Shown: positions 21,182 to 32,096, counted from the stretch's first letter. The stretch: DNA of 64,000 bases from Limisphaerales bacterium (GCA_965657355.1 CBFHOE010000005.1:1-64000); one strand, 5' to 3'. Made by a program: numbers and translations. Notes: a model not told the origin generated them from the letters alone.

Positions 21182-21242
21182 CGAATTAAAATATTTTTGA
21201 ATAGATTGAGAATCTAGTAAAATTTGACTCAGCTCCTCGTGA

Positions 21243-22565
21243 TTAAAGCTCTTTAATCCTAATGTTCCTGAACTGAACAGGATCGCCGTGCCCGGCAAAA
21301 CCAAAGTGACCCGACTTCCTATTTAAGCCTGGGTGAGGACGGTTTGCCATGAATTCGTCTACAGTTGAGACGTCAGCATCAAGAATTTGTGTTCCATTGA
21401 GTTCCACAGTTATCTGCGAACCTTTAACGGTAACCTGCTGATAATTCCAACTTCCAACGGGTCTCAAATAACCCCTGTGAGCGGGCGCTATACCATAAGC
21501 CGACCCATGATATTGACGATCATCAAGCTTTGCATATTTCTCAGCAGTATTGTCGAGAACTTGGAGTTCGCACATTCCGCTATATGCAGTATCTCCACTT
21601 CCTGGATAACGAATGGCTAGTCCGTTGTTTCCTCCGGGAGGCAACTTAAATTCAAAGCGAACGACAAAATCCGAATATTCTTTTTCAGTGAAAATTGTAC
21701 CGCCTTTGCCTGGTTTACATTGGATTGTTCCAGCCTTGACCATGTAATTATCTATTGGGCCGGACCAACCACGAAAATCGCGACCATTGAAGAGGGACTT
21801 AAATCCCGAATCGTCGCTGGCACTCAATATAGCATTTGCTTCTCTTGTTGGGATGTTTCTAGCGTATATATTCTTCCATCTAATCTCACCTCCATGAGTT
21901 TGAAGTTGGATTGGGCCGGTTCGTCTTAGTGGAGTATTATTTTTCCAGAAATTGCGTAATGGGGCGTTATCTACCACAAGTTTATCATTGAGGTAAACAG
22001 TTGTGCGTTCACCTACCTGAAGGATGCGGAAGCTGTTCCACTCACCAAACGGCTTATCAGCAAGAACAAAAGGATCTTTACCCGGGGCTCCAGGGGCATT
22101 ATTCCAAAGCCCACCGGAACCTTTGTCAGCACCGATATTCCATTTCCCACCTTCTTCGGTAAAGTCCCAAATTTGAATCTGAGGTGTCGCACGGAGGTAG
22201 ATTCCGCTGTCAGCTTTTGCCACTGTTTTGTAGTCGACCCGGAATTCAACATCACCGAATTCACGATTTGTAGTGAGGTAAGCGCCTTTCCCGTCGTTGA
22301 CTAATTCGCCATTATCGACAGACCAGTGTTTCATGGCATCGGCAGTATCTTTTTTACGTTTTGCACTTCTTTCGTCAGGAGACATCTCATCGAGTCTGTA
22401 GGGGTTAAAATGCCCCATTCCGTGCCAGCCTCGGAGGTCTTTTCCACTGAAAAGTGCCACAAACCCGTCTGGAGCTTCGTTGTCGGCCGCTTTCGTGTGG
22501 GTTATGCCAGAAATTGACGATAATACCACCGCAGCGCATAGTGCTTTTAAAATGTGATGATTCAT
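21243..22565 (-). CDS. Secreted tandem DUF1080 (3-keto-glycoside hydrolase-like) protein
   Basis: Signal peptide and two domains starting LFSGKDLRGW and LFNGRDFRGW, with DSGIYLR/NNGLAIR, GPIQLQTHG and GHFGFAGHGDPVQFRNI. Confidence 0.88.
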   Translation of the reverse strand: MNHHILKALCAAVVLSSISGITHTKAADNEAPDGFVALFSGKDLRGWHGMGHFNPYRLDEMSPDERSAKRKKDTADAMKHWSVDNGELVNDGKGAYLTTNREFGDVEFRVDYKTVAKADSGIYLRATPQIQIWDFTEEGGKWNIGADKGSGGLWNNAPGAPGKDPFVLADKPFGEWNSFRILQVGERTTVYLNDKLVVDNAPLRNFWKNNTPLRRTGPIQLQTHGGEIRWKNIYARNIPTREANAILSASDDSGFKSLFNGRDFRGWSGPIDNYMVKAGTIQCKPGKGGTIFTEKEYSDFVVRFEFKLPPGGNNGLAIRYPGSGDTAYSGMCELQVLDNTAEKYAKLDDRQYHGSAYGIAPAHRGYLRPVGSWNYQQVTVKGSQITVELNGTQILDADVSTVDEFMANRPHPGLNRKSGHFGFAGHGDPVQFRNIRIKEL

Positions 22566-22661
22566 GAAGGTATCTTCCTTGGCATAGACGGGATTGCCAA
22601 GTGATTTTATAAAGAAATTTATATTACTGTTTCTAAAAATTAAAAAAAGCGATCGACGGAA

Positions 22662-23486
22662 TTATGGTTGTATCCAGTGACGAAATTCCTTCCAAATCCA
22701 TGAGCAAAGAAGAAGAACCGAATGGGTAAAGACGGACGCCTGACCAGGAGGCAAATCTGCAGCAACTGAAATGAAAAGCCCGACAAGAGTTCCTAAAACA
22801 GAAATCAGAGGAGCTAAAACAAACATTGTTCCAAGACTTCGACATATATTTCGGGCAGTAAATGCAGGTAAGACCATCACTCCAAATGCAAACAACATCC
22901 CTGCAGTCTGAATACCTAGACCGGCAACCAATCCAGTCGAAACCCCGATCACGAGAGCCATAAGCGAAATATTAAGACCGACTGAGGCAGCCATCACGGG
23001 GTCCGAAATAAACAAGACCATCTGATTCTTTTTTGTGAAATAGACAATGGCTGAAATGAGTGCCAGTGCGCCAAAGAGGATAAGATCAACAATACCAGCA
23101 CCAAGGACTGTGGATGAAGAAATGGACTGAAGCTGGCGCATACCATTAGGCAATTCCATGAGCAGAATAATCGCCAAGCTAGCACTGAATAGAAATACCA
23201 ATCCGGTTTTTTCCTCGGATATGTGCCCTTGATCACTGGGTTTGCCGCTAATAAATAAAGAAGCTAATACGCAGAAAACCACAGATGATAAGCCAAATAA
23301 TTCCCAACCGAATTTCAATGCAACAGCGATACCCAATAACGATGCTTGACTGATTGCGGCTGCTACAAACACTTGTCCTCGTGTTACAGCAAAGACACCA
23401 ACAAAACTCAGAGCCACAGAGGCGAATATTGATGTTAAGTAGGTTTGCCAAAAAAGGGACCACGAACTGAAGAAGTCACCGATCAC
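22662..23486 (-). CDS. Metal (Zn/Mn) ABC transporter permease
   Basis: Highly hydrophobic ABC-3-type protein (DPVMAASVG, DLPPG), in an operon with the ATPase and binding protein. Confidence 0.82.
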   Translation of the reverse strand: MIGDFFSSWSLFWQTYLTSIFASVALSFVGVFAVTRGQVFVAAAISQASLLGIAVALKFGWELFGLSSVVFCVLASLFISGKPSDQGHISEEKTGLVFLFSASLAIILLMELPNGMRQLQSISSSTVLGAGIVDLILFGALALISAIVYFTKKNQMVLFISDPVMAASVGLNISLMALVIGVSTGLVAGLGIQTAGMLFAFGVMVLPAFTARNICRSLGTMFVLAPLISVLGTLVGLFISVAADLPPGQASVFTHSVLLLCSWIWKEFRHWIQP

Positions 23487-24322
23487 GACACCCCCCTTTC
23501 TTGAGAGGGTTCATCTGACGTAATGGCTACTTTTTCGTATGTTACAGATTTGATCCCGTATGCGTCCTTTTCTACTTGCACGGGCACTCCAAATGTTTCC
23601 GTTAATCTTTCCGATGTAAAGTGGGTCTCAAGTGGGCCACCAGCCACAGTTCCATTTCTAAAGAGAGCCACATGGGAAGCTCTTCTGGCGGCAATTTCTA
23701 AGTCGTGTGTCACAAAAACAATAGTGATACCGTGCTTTTTACTGAGGTCGGTCATGGTGTCCAAGACACTTTGAGCGGCGCTGAGGTCCAGGCCAGCAGT
23801 TGGCTCATCCACAATAAGCACCAGAGGGTCACGAACAAGGGCTCTAGCTACCATGGCACGTTGCCTTTGCCCTCCGGATAATTCCCAAACATTTTTATTT
23901 TGGTGCTTTTGTAGCTGCAAAAGTTCAACCAAACGACGCAATCTCTTGTTCCTGTTTTTGGCATCAACAGCTATTCCAACAAGGCCTGTCAAAATAAATT
24001 CTTTAACAGTAATTGGGGCAGCCGAATTGAGCTCACACTCTTGAGGAACAAACCCAATCCGCGTCCTTCTGGCAAAGTCTTTTCTGAAAAAAATTTTACC
24101 CTTAAGCGGGCGAATCGCTCCGAGCAGGGCCTTTATAAATGTTGTTTTTCCCTGACCGTTGGAGCCGAGAAAGCACCAAAACTCACCTTGATGAATTTGC
24201 AAGTCAGCTTCGTTTAAAACAACATTCCGGCCATAGCCGAGAACGACACTCTCGGACTGAATCACAGGAGATTCATTTCCATTCTCAACCCCACCAGACG
24301 GGTCACCAGATATTTCGGTCAT
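23483..24322 (-). CDS. Metal ABC transporter ATP-binding protein
   Basis: GSNGQGKTT, IGFVPQ, LSGGQRQR, DEPTAGLD, VTHDL. Confidence 0.88.
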   Translation of the reverse strand: MTEISGDPSGGVENGNESPVIQSESVVLGYGRNVVLNEADLQIHQGEFWCFLGSNGQGKTTFIKALLGAIRPLKGKIFFRKDFARRTRIGFVPQECELNSAAPITVKEFILTGLVGIAVDAKNRNKRLRRLVELLQLQKHQNKNVWELSGGQRQRAMVARALVRDPLVLIVDEPTAGLDLSAAQSVLDTMTDLSKKHGITIVFVTHDLEIAARRASHVALFRNGTVAGGPLETHFTSERLTETFGVPVQVEKDAYGIKSVTYEKVAITSDEPSQERGVS

Positions 24323-24346
24323 GAATTAAGAGATTTAAAGGCTTAT

Positions 24347-25390
24347 TTATTCGAGTGCTCTGTAGATCTGATTCACATTCCACTCAATCAGGCTGAAATA
24401 ATCTTTTGCTTGAATAGTGCCTTGAACCTGGTGAGCGATATTAACTACTTTGGCTCCTGAGGCACGGGCTACTTGGGCAACAGTGCGCGATGGGAAATAT
24501 GAAGACTTCAATATTATATTAACGTTCTTCTCTTTCATCTCCTTTATTAAGTTAGTGAGGTGGCGAGGAGAAGGAGAAACACCGGGGTGCCCCTCTATAT
24601 AGCCAGCGACCTGTAAACCAAATCTCCTAGTGAAGTATGGCCATTGATCATGATCAGCAACGATAGGTAGGTCTTTCCAAGTGGACGTTAATTTGTAAAG
24701 CCCCCCCAATTTTTGAGCATTTTCTACCTTAAGTGATTTTAGTTGTTGCTCAATTTCACCCATCTCTCTTAGGTCGATCAGCTTGGAGGTATCATAGTTT
24801 TTCGCGATGGTTTCTCCCATCATTAAGTTGAGCCATTTACTAACAAATAGCCTGTGGTTTTCTACGAAAAACTTGGAATAATCAGGTCTAATGACCGTCA
24901 GTGAGTCACGAATAACTCCAGCAGAGCGTAGTCCCTCAACGGGATCTAAAAGGTAGTGAGGATTACCCTCTTCATGAACGCCTTTTTCTTCTTCCTCCTC
25001 TTCATCTTCATGGTGCTCCTCACCCTCTTCTATAGCCAAAACACCTTGACTAAGATCAAAGTATCTATCACCACCTTCAAAAACGTGCGGGTTATTTGAG
25101 CGTCTTTTAAGAGCACCAATCCATCCATGCTCGATGTCCAAGCCATTTACAAATAAAGCATCTGCCTGATTGGCCTTTCTAACGAATGCATTTCGTAATT
25201 CGACGTCATGTGGATCTTCCAGACCTTTAGTAAATGAAAAGACTTCAACCTGGTTTCCACCAATCAATTTTATCAAACTGGCCACATCCGGGGTAGAGGC
25301 ACAGATTTTAATCGGATTAGCCGATAATGACCCTGCAGAGAAAAGGGCCAATACAAAGCCTAAGACTTTTAGTGAGTGTGGAAGGTTCAT
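24347..25390 (-). CDS. Metal ABC transporter substrate-binding protein (ZnuA/TroA family)
   Basis: Signal peptide, EDPHD, NGLDIE, acidic/His loop, GNPHYLLDP, HDQWPYF, PSPRHL. Confidence 0.88.
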   Translation of the reverse strand: MNLPHSLKVLGFVLALFSAGSLSANPIKICASTPDVASLIKLIGGNQVEVFSFTKGLEDPHDVELRNAFVRKANQADALFVNGLDIEHGWIGALKRRSNNPHVFEGGDRYFDLSQGVLAIEEGEEHHEDEEEEEEKGVHEEGNPHYLLDPVEGLRSAGVIRDSLTVIRPDYSKFFVENHRLFVSKWLNLMMGETIAKNYDTSKLIDLREMGEIEQQLKSLKVENAQKLGGLYKLTSTWKDLPIVADHDQWPYFTRRFGLQVAGYIEGHPGVSPSPRHLTNLIKEMKEKNVNIILKSSYFPSRTVAQVARASGAKVVNIAHQVQGTIQAKDYFSLIEWNVNQIYRALE

Positions 25391-25515
25391 ATTTCTACTA
25401 TTTCCTCATTTGTCAAAAATTTGCAAGCAACCCTCTGAGGTAAAATAATAAAACGTCCTATGTCGGGCACGAAATTTCAGGCATTTCTTAAGCTTTGAAA
25501 GTGGTTACTGCATTT

Positions 25516-27072
25516 TTATTCAAGGTCTTTACGAGGAAATAGAGGGCTTGGTTTTCCTGTTATGTGTCCTGCGGGCAACTGCCCCCATTTGAGGTTGTCA
25601 TAAGTGGGGAAGTCGGATTTTATTTGAAGTTGTGCCCATATTTTTTGCGCTGTGCCAGGCAAAACAGGGTTAATAAGCGTCGCGATGACTCTTACCGACT
25701 CGACGAGATTGTAAAGAATCTGGTCCAGCCTTTCGGACTGATCAGGATCTTTTGCTAATTTGAAAGGAGCTGTTCGATCAATATACTGGTTCACCCTCGT
25801 AACGAATGCCAATATAGATTGGAGTCCGCCCTGGAATTTTAAATTTTTATATTCTGCTCTGACCTTTGCAATGGTTTCATTGGCCTCTGCCGCCAACTCG
25901 TCATGAGCATTTGGAACCTCTGCCCCTCTATACCTCTTAACCATTGATAGCGCTCTGTTGACCAAATTCCCTAGGTTATTGGCCAGTTCACCCGAATATC
26001 GGGCAGCGAATCCCTGGTCTGTCCAGTTCCCATCTGGGCCCAAATCCAATTCCCTTACACAATAATACCTGAAGGCTTCGAGACCCCATTCGTCAATGAC
26101 AGCTATAGGATCCACGACATTGCCAGTGGTTTTGCTGATTTTTTGCCCATCTTTTTGCCACCACCCATGAACAATTATTTGCTTTGGGAGCTGGAGCCCC
26201 ATTGCCTTGAGCATTATGGGCCAATATACAGCGTGGAATTTTATGATATCTTTTCCAATGACATGGTGATCAGCGGGCCAGAGTTGTTTCCCAGGCAGGC
26301 CTTCTGAGGATAGCCCTAATGGGCCGCATACGCCAGGATCGCCCAGAGAGGCAGGGACACTAATATAATTTGTAAGAGCATCAAACCAGACGTATGTGAC
26401 GTAATCCGGATCGAAAGGTAAAGGTATTCCCCAATTTAGCCTGCTGAGCGGCCGGGTGATGCATAAATCCTCAAGGGTATTGTTTTTCAGAAATCCCAAG
26501 ACTTCATTTTTACGGTAATCGGGGTAGATAAAATCGGGGTTTTGTTCAATGTAGTCAATGAGCCACTGTTGGTGAGTCCCAAGTTTAAAATAGTAGTTCG
26601 TTTCGGTTAATTCGGTGACCTCACCATATATTTCATCGAACGTACCGTCTTCATTTTTGTCGCGATCCGTCAAAAAGGTTTCTTGTCGCGGGGAATAATA
26701 TCCAACGTATTCAGAAGTGTAGAAATGCCCTTCTTTGTTCAATTTATCTAGAATCGCACGCACGACTTTTTTATGGCGATCATCTGTAGTTCTAATAAAA
26801 TCGTCATTTGATATATTTATGTTGCCTGCAAACTCCAACCAAGCCTGCGCCAATTTGTCACAATAATCTTGTGTTGCCATTCCATTTTCTGAGGCGGCTT
26901 GTTGGACTTTCTGCCCATGTTCGTCCAATCCAGTAAGGAAAAAAGCAGGAGATCCCTCTGCTTTACGACTGCGGATTAGGACATCAGTCATGATCTTTTC
27001 GTAAGCGTGTCCGAGGTGAGGATGGCCGTTTACGTAGTCGATAGCTGTGGTTGCGTAGAAAATTTTTCCCAT
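25516..27072 (-). CDS. metG: Methionine--tRNA ligase (short form without C-terminal OB domain)
   Basis: YVNGHPHLGHAYE (HIGH), GLDEHGQK, YVWFDAL, IGKDIIKFH, KISKT (KMSKS). Confidence 0.96.
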   Translation of the reverse strand: MGKIFYATTAIDYVNGHPHLGHAYEKIMTDVLIRSRKAEGSPAFFLTGLDEHGQKVQQAASENGMATQDYCDKLAQAWLEFAGNINISNDDFIRTTDDRHKKVVRAILDKLNKEGHFYTSEYVGYYSPRQETFLTDRDKNEDGTFDEIYGEVTELTETNYYFKLGTHQQWLIDYIEQNPDFIYPDYRKNEVLGFLKNNTLEDLCITRPLSRLNWGIPLPFDPDYVTYVWFDALTNYISVPASLGDPGVCGPLGLSSEGLPGKQLWPADHHVIGKDIIKFHAVYWPIMLKAMGLQLPKQIIVHGWWQKDGQKISKTTGNVVDPIAVIDEWGLEAFRYYCVRELDLGPDGNWTDQGFAARYSGELANNLGNLVNRALSMVKRYRGAEVPNAHDELAAEANETIAKVRAEYKNLKFQGGLQSILAFVTRVNQYIDRTAPFKLAKDPDQSERLDQILYNLVESVRVIATLINPVLPGTAQKIWAQLQIKSDFPTYDNLKWGQLPAGHITGKPSPLFPRKDLE

Positions 27073-27210
27073 TTAGCCGGATAATATTTGAAATTTTAAC
27101 CAAATCAAACAACATTGATTAACAAAGATTCCTTTATTGCGGATAGAAACTTGTCGCTAGAAATAAAAAGTTTGCAAATTTGGTCTGGAAAAATCTGGCA
27201 GTAAAACGGT

Positions 27211-27239
27211 TTGACAAATCCATGACGAACAAGCACTAT
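27211..27239 (+). promoter_or_regulatory. Putative sigma70 promoter of the FecR-domain gene
   Basis: TTGACA (27211-27216), 17-nt spacer, CACTAT. An AGGAG sits shortly before the ATG at 27275. Confidence 0.4.
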
Positions 27240-27274
27240 CCCAGTCTAACGTGATATAAATATCAGGAGAAAAT

Positions 27275-28090
27275 ATGAAATTGGTTCGCTCAGCACCACT
27301 CGCTTTCGTGACCCTCTGCCTCAGTGCGATGGTCTTGCTCTCAGCCTCAACGGCTCAGGCGCAGTTTACAAAAAACAAGGCTCTAGTTCGCTCCGTGACG
27401 GGCGATGCCACTGTTACTTTTGGTGGCAAAACATCAGCAGTGAAGAAGCTGATGTTTATCGAAGAAGGTTCTATCGTCAAAACAATGGCGAAGTCATTCG
27501 TAGATCTTTATCTCGGTGACAATGGACCTTTTGTCAGAGTCACACCAAACTCTGATTTACGCTTGGACAAATTACTTTTTAGGAAATCAAATGAATCAGT
27601 AGTCATCGAGACCAGTCTGAATCTACGACGCGGTAGAATTTTAGGTCAGGTGAAAAAAACATCACCAGCCAGCATATATGAGGTAGTCACACCCACAATG
27701 GTTGCAGGTATCAGAGGAACGACTTATGATATTTCGGCTGATGGTCTAACAAAAGTTTTTGACGGCCAGGTCGTTGTTGCATACGAAAAGGATGGTCAGG
27801 TTCCTACTTATCTGGTCAACAAAAATCAAAAATTTGATCCCACTAACCAGCAAGTTGTTCCATTGGATCCAAGCATTGATCCGACATTCGAACCGCAACC
27901 GCTTAATCCATCTGAAACCGAGCAGTGGCAATCAGTTGAGCCAGAGCCAACTGTCATCACGGATGTCTCCACTACAACCGAAGATGCTGGATTTAATGAT
28001 CCAACTAACAGCATTACATCTGACTCCGGAACAAGTTTCATATCACCAACTGAATCAGTTGCTGGTTCATCGACTGGTGTGAACGATTAA
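27275..28090 (+). CDS. Secreted FecR-domain protein with Ser/Thr/Pro-rich C-terminal tail
   Basis: Signal peptide (..AQA), VRVTPNSDLRL, LRRGRILGQV, EVVTPTMVAGIRGT (FecR motif). Confidence 0.8.
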   Translation: MKLVRSAPLAFVTLCLSAMVLLSASTAQAQFTKNKALVRSVTGDATVTFGGKTSAVKKLMFIEEGSIVKTMAKSFVDLYLGDNGPFVRVTPNSDLRLDKLLFRKSNESVVIETSLNLRRGRILGQVKKTSPASIYEVVTPTMVAGIRGTTYDISADGLTKVFDGQVVVAYEKDGQVPTYLVNKNQKFDPTNQQVVPLDPSIDPTFEPQPLNPSETEQWQSVEPEPTVITDVSTTTEDAGFNDPTNSITSDSGTSFISPTESVAGSSTGVND

Positions 28091-28121
28091 TTCATACACT
28101 TCACCAATTTCTTGAATTTAG

Positions 28122-28153
28122 CTCCGAGCTCATGTAGCTCGGAGTTTTTTTTT
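28122..28153 (+). terminator. Intrinsic terminator between the FecR gene and the cyclase gene
   Basis: ctccgagct-catgt-agctcggag followed by 9 T. Confidence 0.8.
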
Positions 28154-28194
28154 AAGGTATTAAAATTAACCTTATTAATTGCTTCCATCTTTGT

Positions 28195-30579
28195 ATGAAG
28201 AGAATCAACTCAAATACGGTTCATGTGGTTCTCATTGCAGCTGTTGTTTTGTTCACGATATTATTATTGGAAGTATTGACACAGAGAGGGAGCGCCTTTC
28301 GGCCATTTGCGCGGCTTGAGAATTTCACCTACGACTGGAGGACTCGTTTGGCGGCTAAAAACTACTCAAATGTGTCGACAAACCTGGGTTTGGTTTTCAT
28401 TGACGACAAGACAGCTGGAAAACTGGATAAAGGCACACTTAAAAGCCATAGATCATTTGGCAGCTATCGGTATGGCTTGCCTTTCCCGAGATTCATTCAT
28501 GGGGATTTTCTAGATATTGTGAGTGCTCACGAGCCTCATAAAATATGCTATGATATTTTTTTTATTGAAACAGGACTAGACACACATCCAACTTTCCCTG
28601 TTGTACTTAACAACCAACAACAGCTTCTCCATTCTGATGATATCTTTGCCAATGACATAGCCAATTCCGGAAATGTGATTTTGGCTATGAACAATGAGGT
28701 TCTTCCGGAAATCACATTCCGGGAGCAAGCTTCCGGTTTAGGCCATATTGTTGCAGAGCCTGATTTTGATGGCGTTTTGAGACGAGTGGATCCCTTTTAT
28801 GACGGCAAGGTATGGCATGAGATCTTTGAGGTTACTATTGGCCAAGCAAGTGGGTTTCCTTTAAGCAGTGCCATCATTTCTGATGAATCCATCAAATGGA
28901 CAGGGACCGATCCTGAGTCAGGTGAACAAATCACAACGCTTGAAATCATGCTCAACGAAGAGGGTGAATTCGACGTGTTGGATCCAAGTTTAAGTTTTGG
29001 CACTGCGACGAGTGATCAAATTATCGATTATTTTGGGGGCAAGCGTTTTCATAAACCATTTGAAAGCAAAAGGTTTTGGCATATGGGTATCGTTATGGTG
29101 GCCGATATGCTCGGCTTGGAATTGCAAGAAGCGGAATTAGATAAAAGTTCTAATTCACTTAAATTTCCCACCAACTCTGGAGAGCAATTTGAACTACCAC
29201 TAGATGAGAATGGGGCATTTCTGATCCCATGGAAATTCGGAATAAACGAACCAAATCTCAAAAAAGAATCTCTATCCCACTTCTTTGAACTGGATGAAAA
29301 AACAACAGACCGAGAAAACTATTTGGAAGGGTGGCGGGGAAAATCTATTTTAATTGGCTCTAGCGCTTCAGGTAATAATCTCAGGGACATATCGGCAACA
29401 CCTCTTAATGTCAAAGACTTCGCCATGATGACTCACCTGAATGTGGCAAATGCGATTCTCACTCAGGATTATATCAAAGTCATTCCTACGAGAATGAGAC
29501 TGGTAATTACACTGGGGGCAATTGTAGTTGCTGCCTTTCTTTCGCTGAGGCTTAGTGCACCTCAAGATTCCGTAGCGGTTATCATTATAGCTTTGGGTTA
29601 CGTGGCTTTGGCCATATGGATTTTTCAATCCATGGATATATCCCTTCCCATAGCCATGCCAATCGTTGGGGGTATGGGCATAACACATGTGTTGACGATC
29701 GCCAATCGCGCCCTCTCAGAACAAAAGGAGAAAAGTAGGATTAGGCGGGTTTTTGGGCAAACTGTTTCTCCTAATGTAGTTAATGTTCTTCTAAAAGAGG
29801 ATTCCACCGAAATGAAGGGGACGACAGAAAACATCACTACGGTGTTTTCTGATATTAGAGGATTTACTGACATTACCGATTCGCTCGAATCGAAGGCCAA
29901 TGAATATGCTCAATCCATTGGCTTAAAGGGCAATCAGATCGACCAATTCATCGAATTACAAACAAGAGCAATGCTGCAAGCAGTGAACGAGAATTTATCA
30001 ATCCAGGCAGAATCAATAAAAATTTACAATGGGACTTTGGACAAATATATAGGGGATTGCGTGATGGCATTTTGGGGAGCTCCTTCTGATGATGAGCATC
30101 ATGCTCTGCATTGCGTCCAATCCTCAGTCGCATCGCACAAGGCAATGTTGGAACTCAATGTTCGGAGAGAAGCTGAAAACAGAAGTTTATCAAGAGAGAA
30201 TAAAATAAGGATTAAAAATGGACTTATACCGATCCCATTAAAGCCCTTGCTTGATATGGGAGCCGGAATAAATTCAGGCAAAGCAATCGTGGGCTTGGTT
30301 GGTTCAACTCGTCACATATCAAATTATACGGTATTTGGGCGAGCCGTAAATTTAGCAGCTCGCTTGGAAGGAATTTCAGGAAGAGGGAGAATCCGGATTG
30401 GCGATTCGACTCGGTCACAACTGATCGATGCAGACAGCAACTTTAAGAATTGGATTGTCCCACACCCACCCGCTCTATTAAAAGGATTTGGGAAACCAGT
30501 AGAAACTTACGAGATACAATGGTGGAAAGTTCCAGATTCAATAATTCCACCTCCAGAAATCCCTCTTGATTTGAGCTAA
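28195..30579 (+). CDS. CHASE2-domain class III adenylate cyclase
   Basis: N-terminal TM, CHASE2 motifs (LVFIDD, YDIFF, DFDGVLRR, HLNVANAIL), 3 TM helices, catalytic FSDIRGFT, LDKYIGDCVMAFWGAP, YTVFGRAVNLAARLE. Confidence 0.9.
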   Translation: MKRINSNTVHVVLIAAVVLFTILLLEVLTQRGSAFRPFARLENFTYDWRTRLAAKNYSNVSTNLGLVFIDDKTAGKLDKGTLKSHRSFGSYRYGLPFPRFIHGDFLDIVSAHEPHKICYDIFFIETGLDTHPTFPVVLNNQQQLLHSDDIFANDIANSGNVILAMNNEVLPEITFREQASGLGHIVAEPDFDGVLRRVDPFYDGKVWHEIFEVTIGQASGFPLSSAIISDESIKWTGTDPESGEQITTLEIMLNEEGEFDVLDPSLSFGTATSDQIIDYFGGKRFHKPFESKRFWHMGIVMVADMLGLELQEAELDKSSNSLKFPTNSGEQFELPLDENGAFLIPWKFGINEPNLKKESLSHFFELDEKTTDRENYLEGWRGKSILIGSSASGNNLRDISATPLNVKDFAMMTHLNVANAILTQDYIKVIPTRMRLVITLGAIVVAAFLSLRLSAPQDSVAVIIIALGYVALAIWIFQSMDISLPIAMPIVGGMGITHVLTIANRALSEQKEKSRIRRVFGQTVSPNVVNVLLKEDSTEMKGTTENITTVFSDIRGFTDITDSLESKANEYAQSIGLKGNQIDQFIELQTRAMLQAVNENLSIQAESIKIYNGTLDKYIGDCVMAFWGAPSDDEHHALHCVQSSVASHKAMLELNVRREAENRSLSRENKIRIKNGLIPIPLKPLLDMGAGINSGKAIVGLVGSTRHISNYTVFGRAVNLAARLEGISGRGRIRIGDSTRSQLIDADSNFKNWIVPHPPALLKGFGKPVETYEIQWWKVPDSIIPPPEIPLDLS

Positions 30580-30677
30580 GTAAGAATCTGGTGAACGCTT
30601 GTAGTGATTACGGCCACAGGAAGGTCAAAAAATATATATAATTAGGTTTATCCCTTAAAATTATTTTAAAGTGGATT

Positions 30678-32096
30678 TTACCAAGGGAAAGAAAAAGTCT
30701 TAATGTTAGTCATGAATTTGATGGCTTCAATGACGCCTTCTTTGATACCTAACCCGGAGTCTTTAATTCCTCCAAATGGACTGGACTCTATTCGATACCC
30801 AGGCACCTCATTAATGTTGCATGTGCCGACTCTCAAGTTTTTGATGGCGTGGAAGGCTTTAGAAATATCGTTAGTCACAACCCCAGATGACAGACCATGT
30901 GTCGCAGAATTGGTCAACTGTATAGCATCATCTAGATCTTTTACACCCATGATAGGGGCCAAAGGACCGAATGATTCTTTGGTGACCATCTCTGCGTCCC
31001 TAGGCACATTATGAATAACCGTTGGCTCTATTTGGGCCCCGTTTCTAGTTCCACCTAACAGGACTTTTGCCCCGGAATCCACTGCAGCAGTCACTCGATT
31101 TTCAAGCACTGTGGCAGCATCTTCGTCAATGACTGTGCCCACCCTAGTGTCGGGATTTCTGGGGTCGCCTACTGTGTAAGTTTTTGCTAATTCGACGAAT
31201 TTTTGGGTAAATTCATCGAGGATCGATTCTTGGATCATGAGCCTCTTGACGGCTGTACATCTTTGGCCACTATTTCTGAAGCAACCTTCGCAGGCAAGTT
31301 TAACAGCTAAATCCATGTCCGCATCTTCCAGAACAATAAGCGGATCATTACCACCCAGCTCAAGTAGCAATTTTTTATATCCAGCAGTATGTGAAATATG
31401 TCGACCAACCCTCTCACTGCCAGTGAATGAAATAAGATCTACTTCTTCATGACGAACGATTCCTTCCGCAATAACGGAATCTTCACCAGTAAGAATAGAT
31501 AACATCCAACCCGGTAGCCCAGCTTCATAAAGCATTTCAGCGAATCTAATGGCTGTTAATGGGGTCTTAAGGCTAGGCTTGAGTATTGTTGCAGCTCCAC
31601 AGGCAATCGCTGGTGCTACCTTATGGACTACCTGGTTCAACGGGTGATTGAAAGGGGTTATTGAACCAACGCAATTAACCGGCTCTCGGGTAGTAAAAAT
31701 CTTGCGACTTTTTCCATGCGGTGTGAGATCGCAAGAGAATATTTGACCATCATCTTTTAGGGCTTCGATAGCTGCAAATTCGAGGACATCACTGGCTCGC
31801 CCTACCTCATAGTTCGTTTCACGGACACAAAGCCCGGATTCAAAGGAAATGAGTTGCGAGATTTCGTTAGCTCTTTCAGCCAGTATGGTTTTTGTTTTTC
31901 TGAGTATTTCAGAACGCTGAAATCGGGTGAGGGGATCATGCAGGCGGGATGAGGTCATGGCAATAGCCTCTTCTAAGTGAGATTTATCTAGTGACGGTAC
32001 CCGGCCGACTATTTCATTAGAATACGGGTCGGCAACATCAATCCATTGATCACCTGCGGTCGCTTTACCAGCGATGTAACAACTAAAGTCTTTCAT
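30678..32096 (-). CDS. phnY: Phosphonoacetaldehyde dehydrogenase
   Basis: ALDH motifs ITPFNHPLNQVVHK, ELGGND, NSGQRCTAVKR, ESFGP. GQIFSCDLTPHGK.RKI and EVPGYRIE.SPFGGIKDSGLG.KEG are typical of PhnY. Adjacent to phnA and phnW. Confidence 0.9.
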   Translation of the reverse strand: MKDFSCYIAGKATAGDQWIDVADPYSNEIVGRVPSLDKSHLEEAIAMTSSRLHDPLTRFQRSEILRKTKTILAERANEISQLISFESGLCVRETNYEVGRASDVLEFAAIEALKDDGQIFSCDLTPHGKSRKIFTTREPVNCVGSITPFNHPLNQVVHKVAPAIACGAATILKPSLKTPLTAIRFAEMLYEAGLPGWMLSILTGEDSVIAEGIVRHEEVDLISFTGSERVGRHISHTAGYKKLLLELGGNDPLIVLEDADMDLAVKLACEGCFRNSGQRCTAVKRLMIQESILDEFTQKFVELAKTYTVGDPRNPDTRVGTVIDEDAATVLENRVTAAVDSGAKVLLGGTRNGAQIEPTVIHNVPRDAEMVTKESFGPLAPIMGVKDLDDAIQLTNSATHGLSSGVVTNDISKAFHAIKNLRVGTCNINEVPGYRIESSPFGGIKDSGLGIKEGVIEAIKFMTNIKTFSFPW

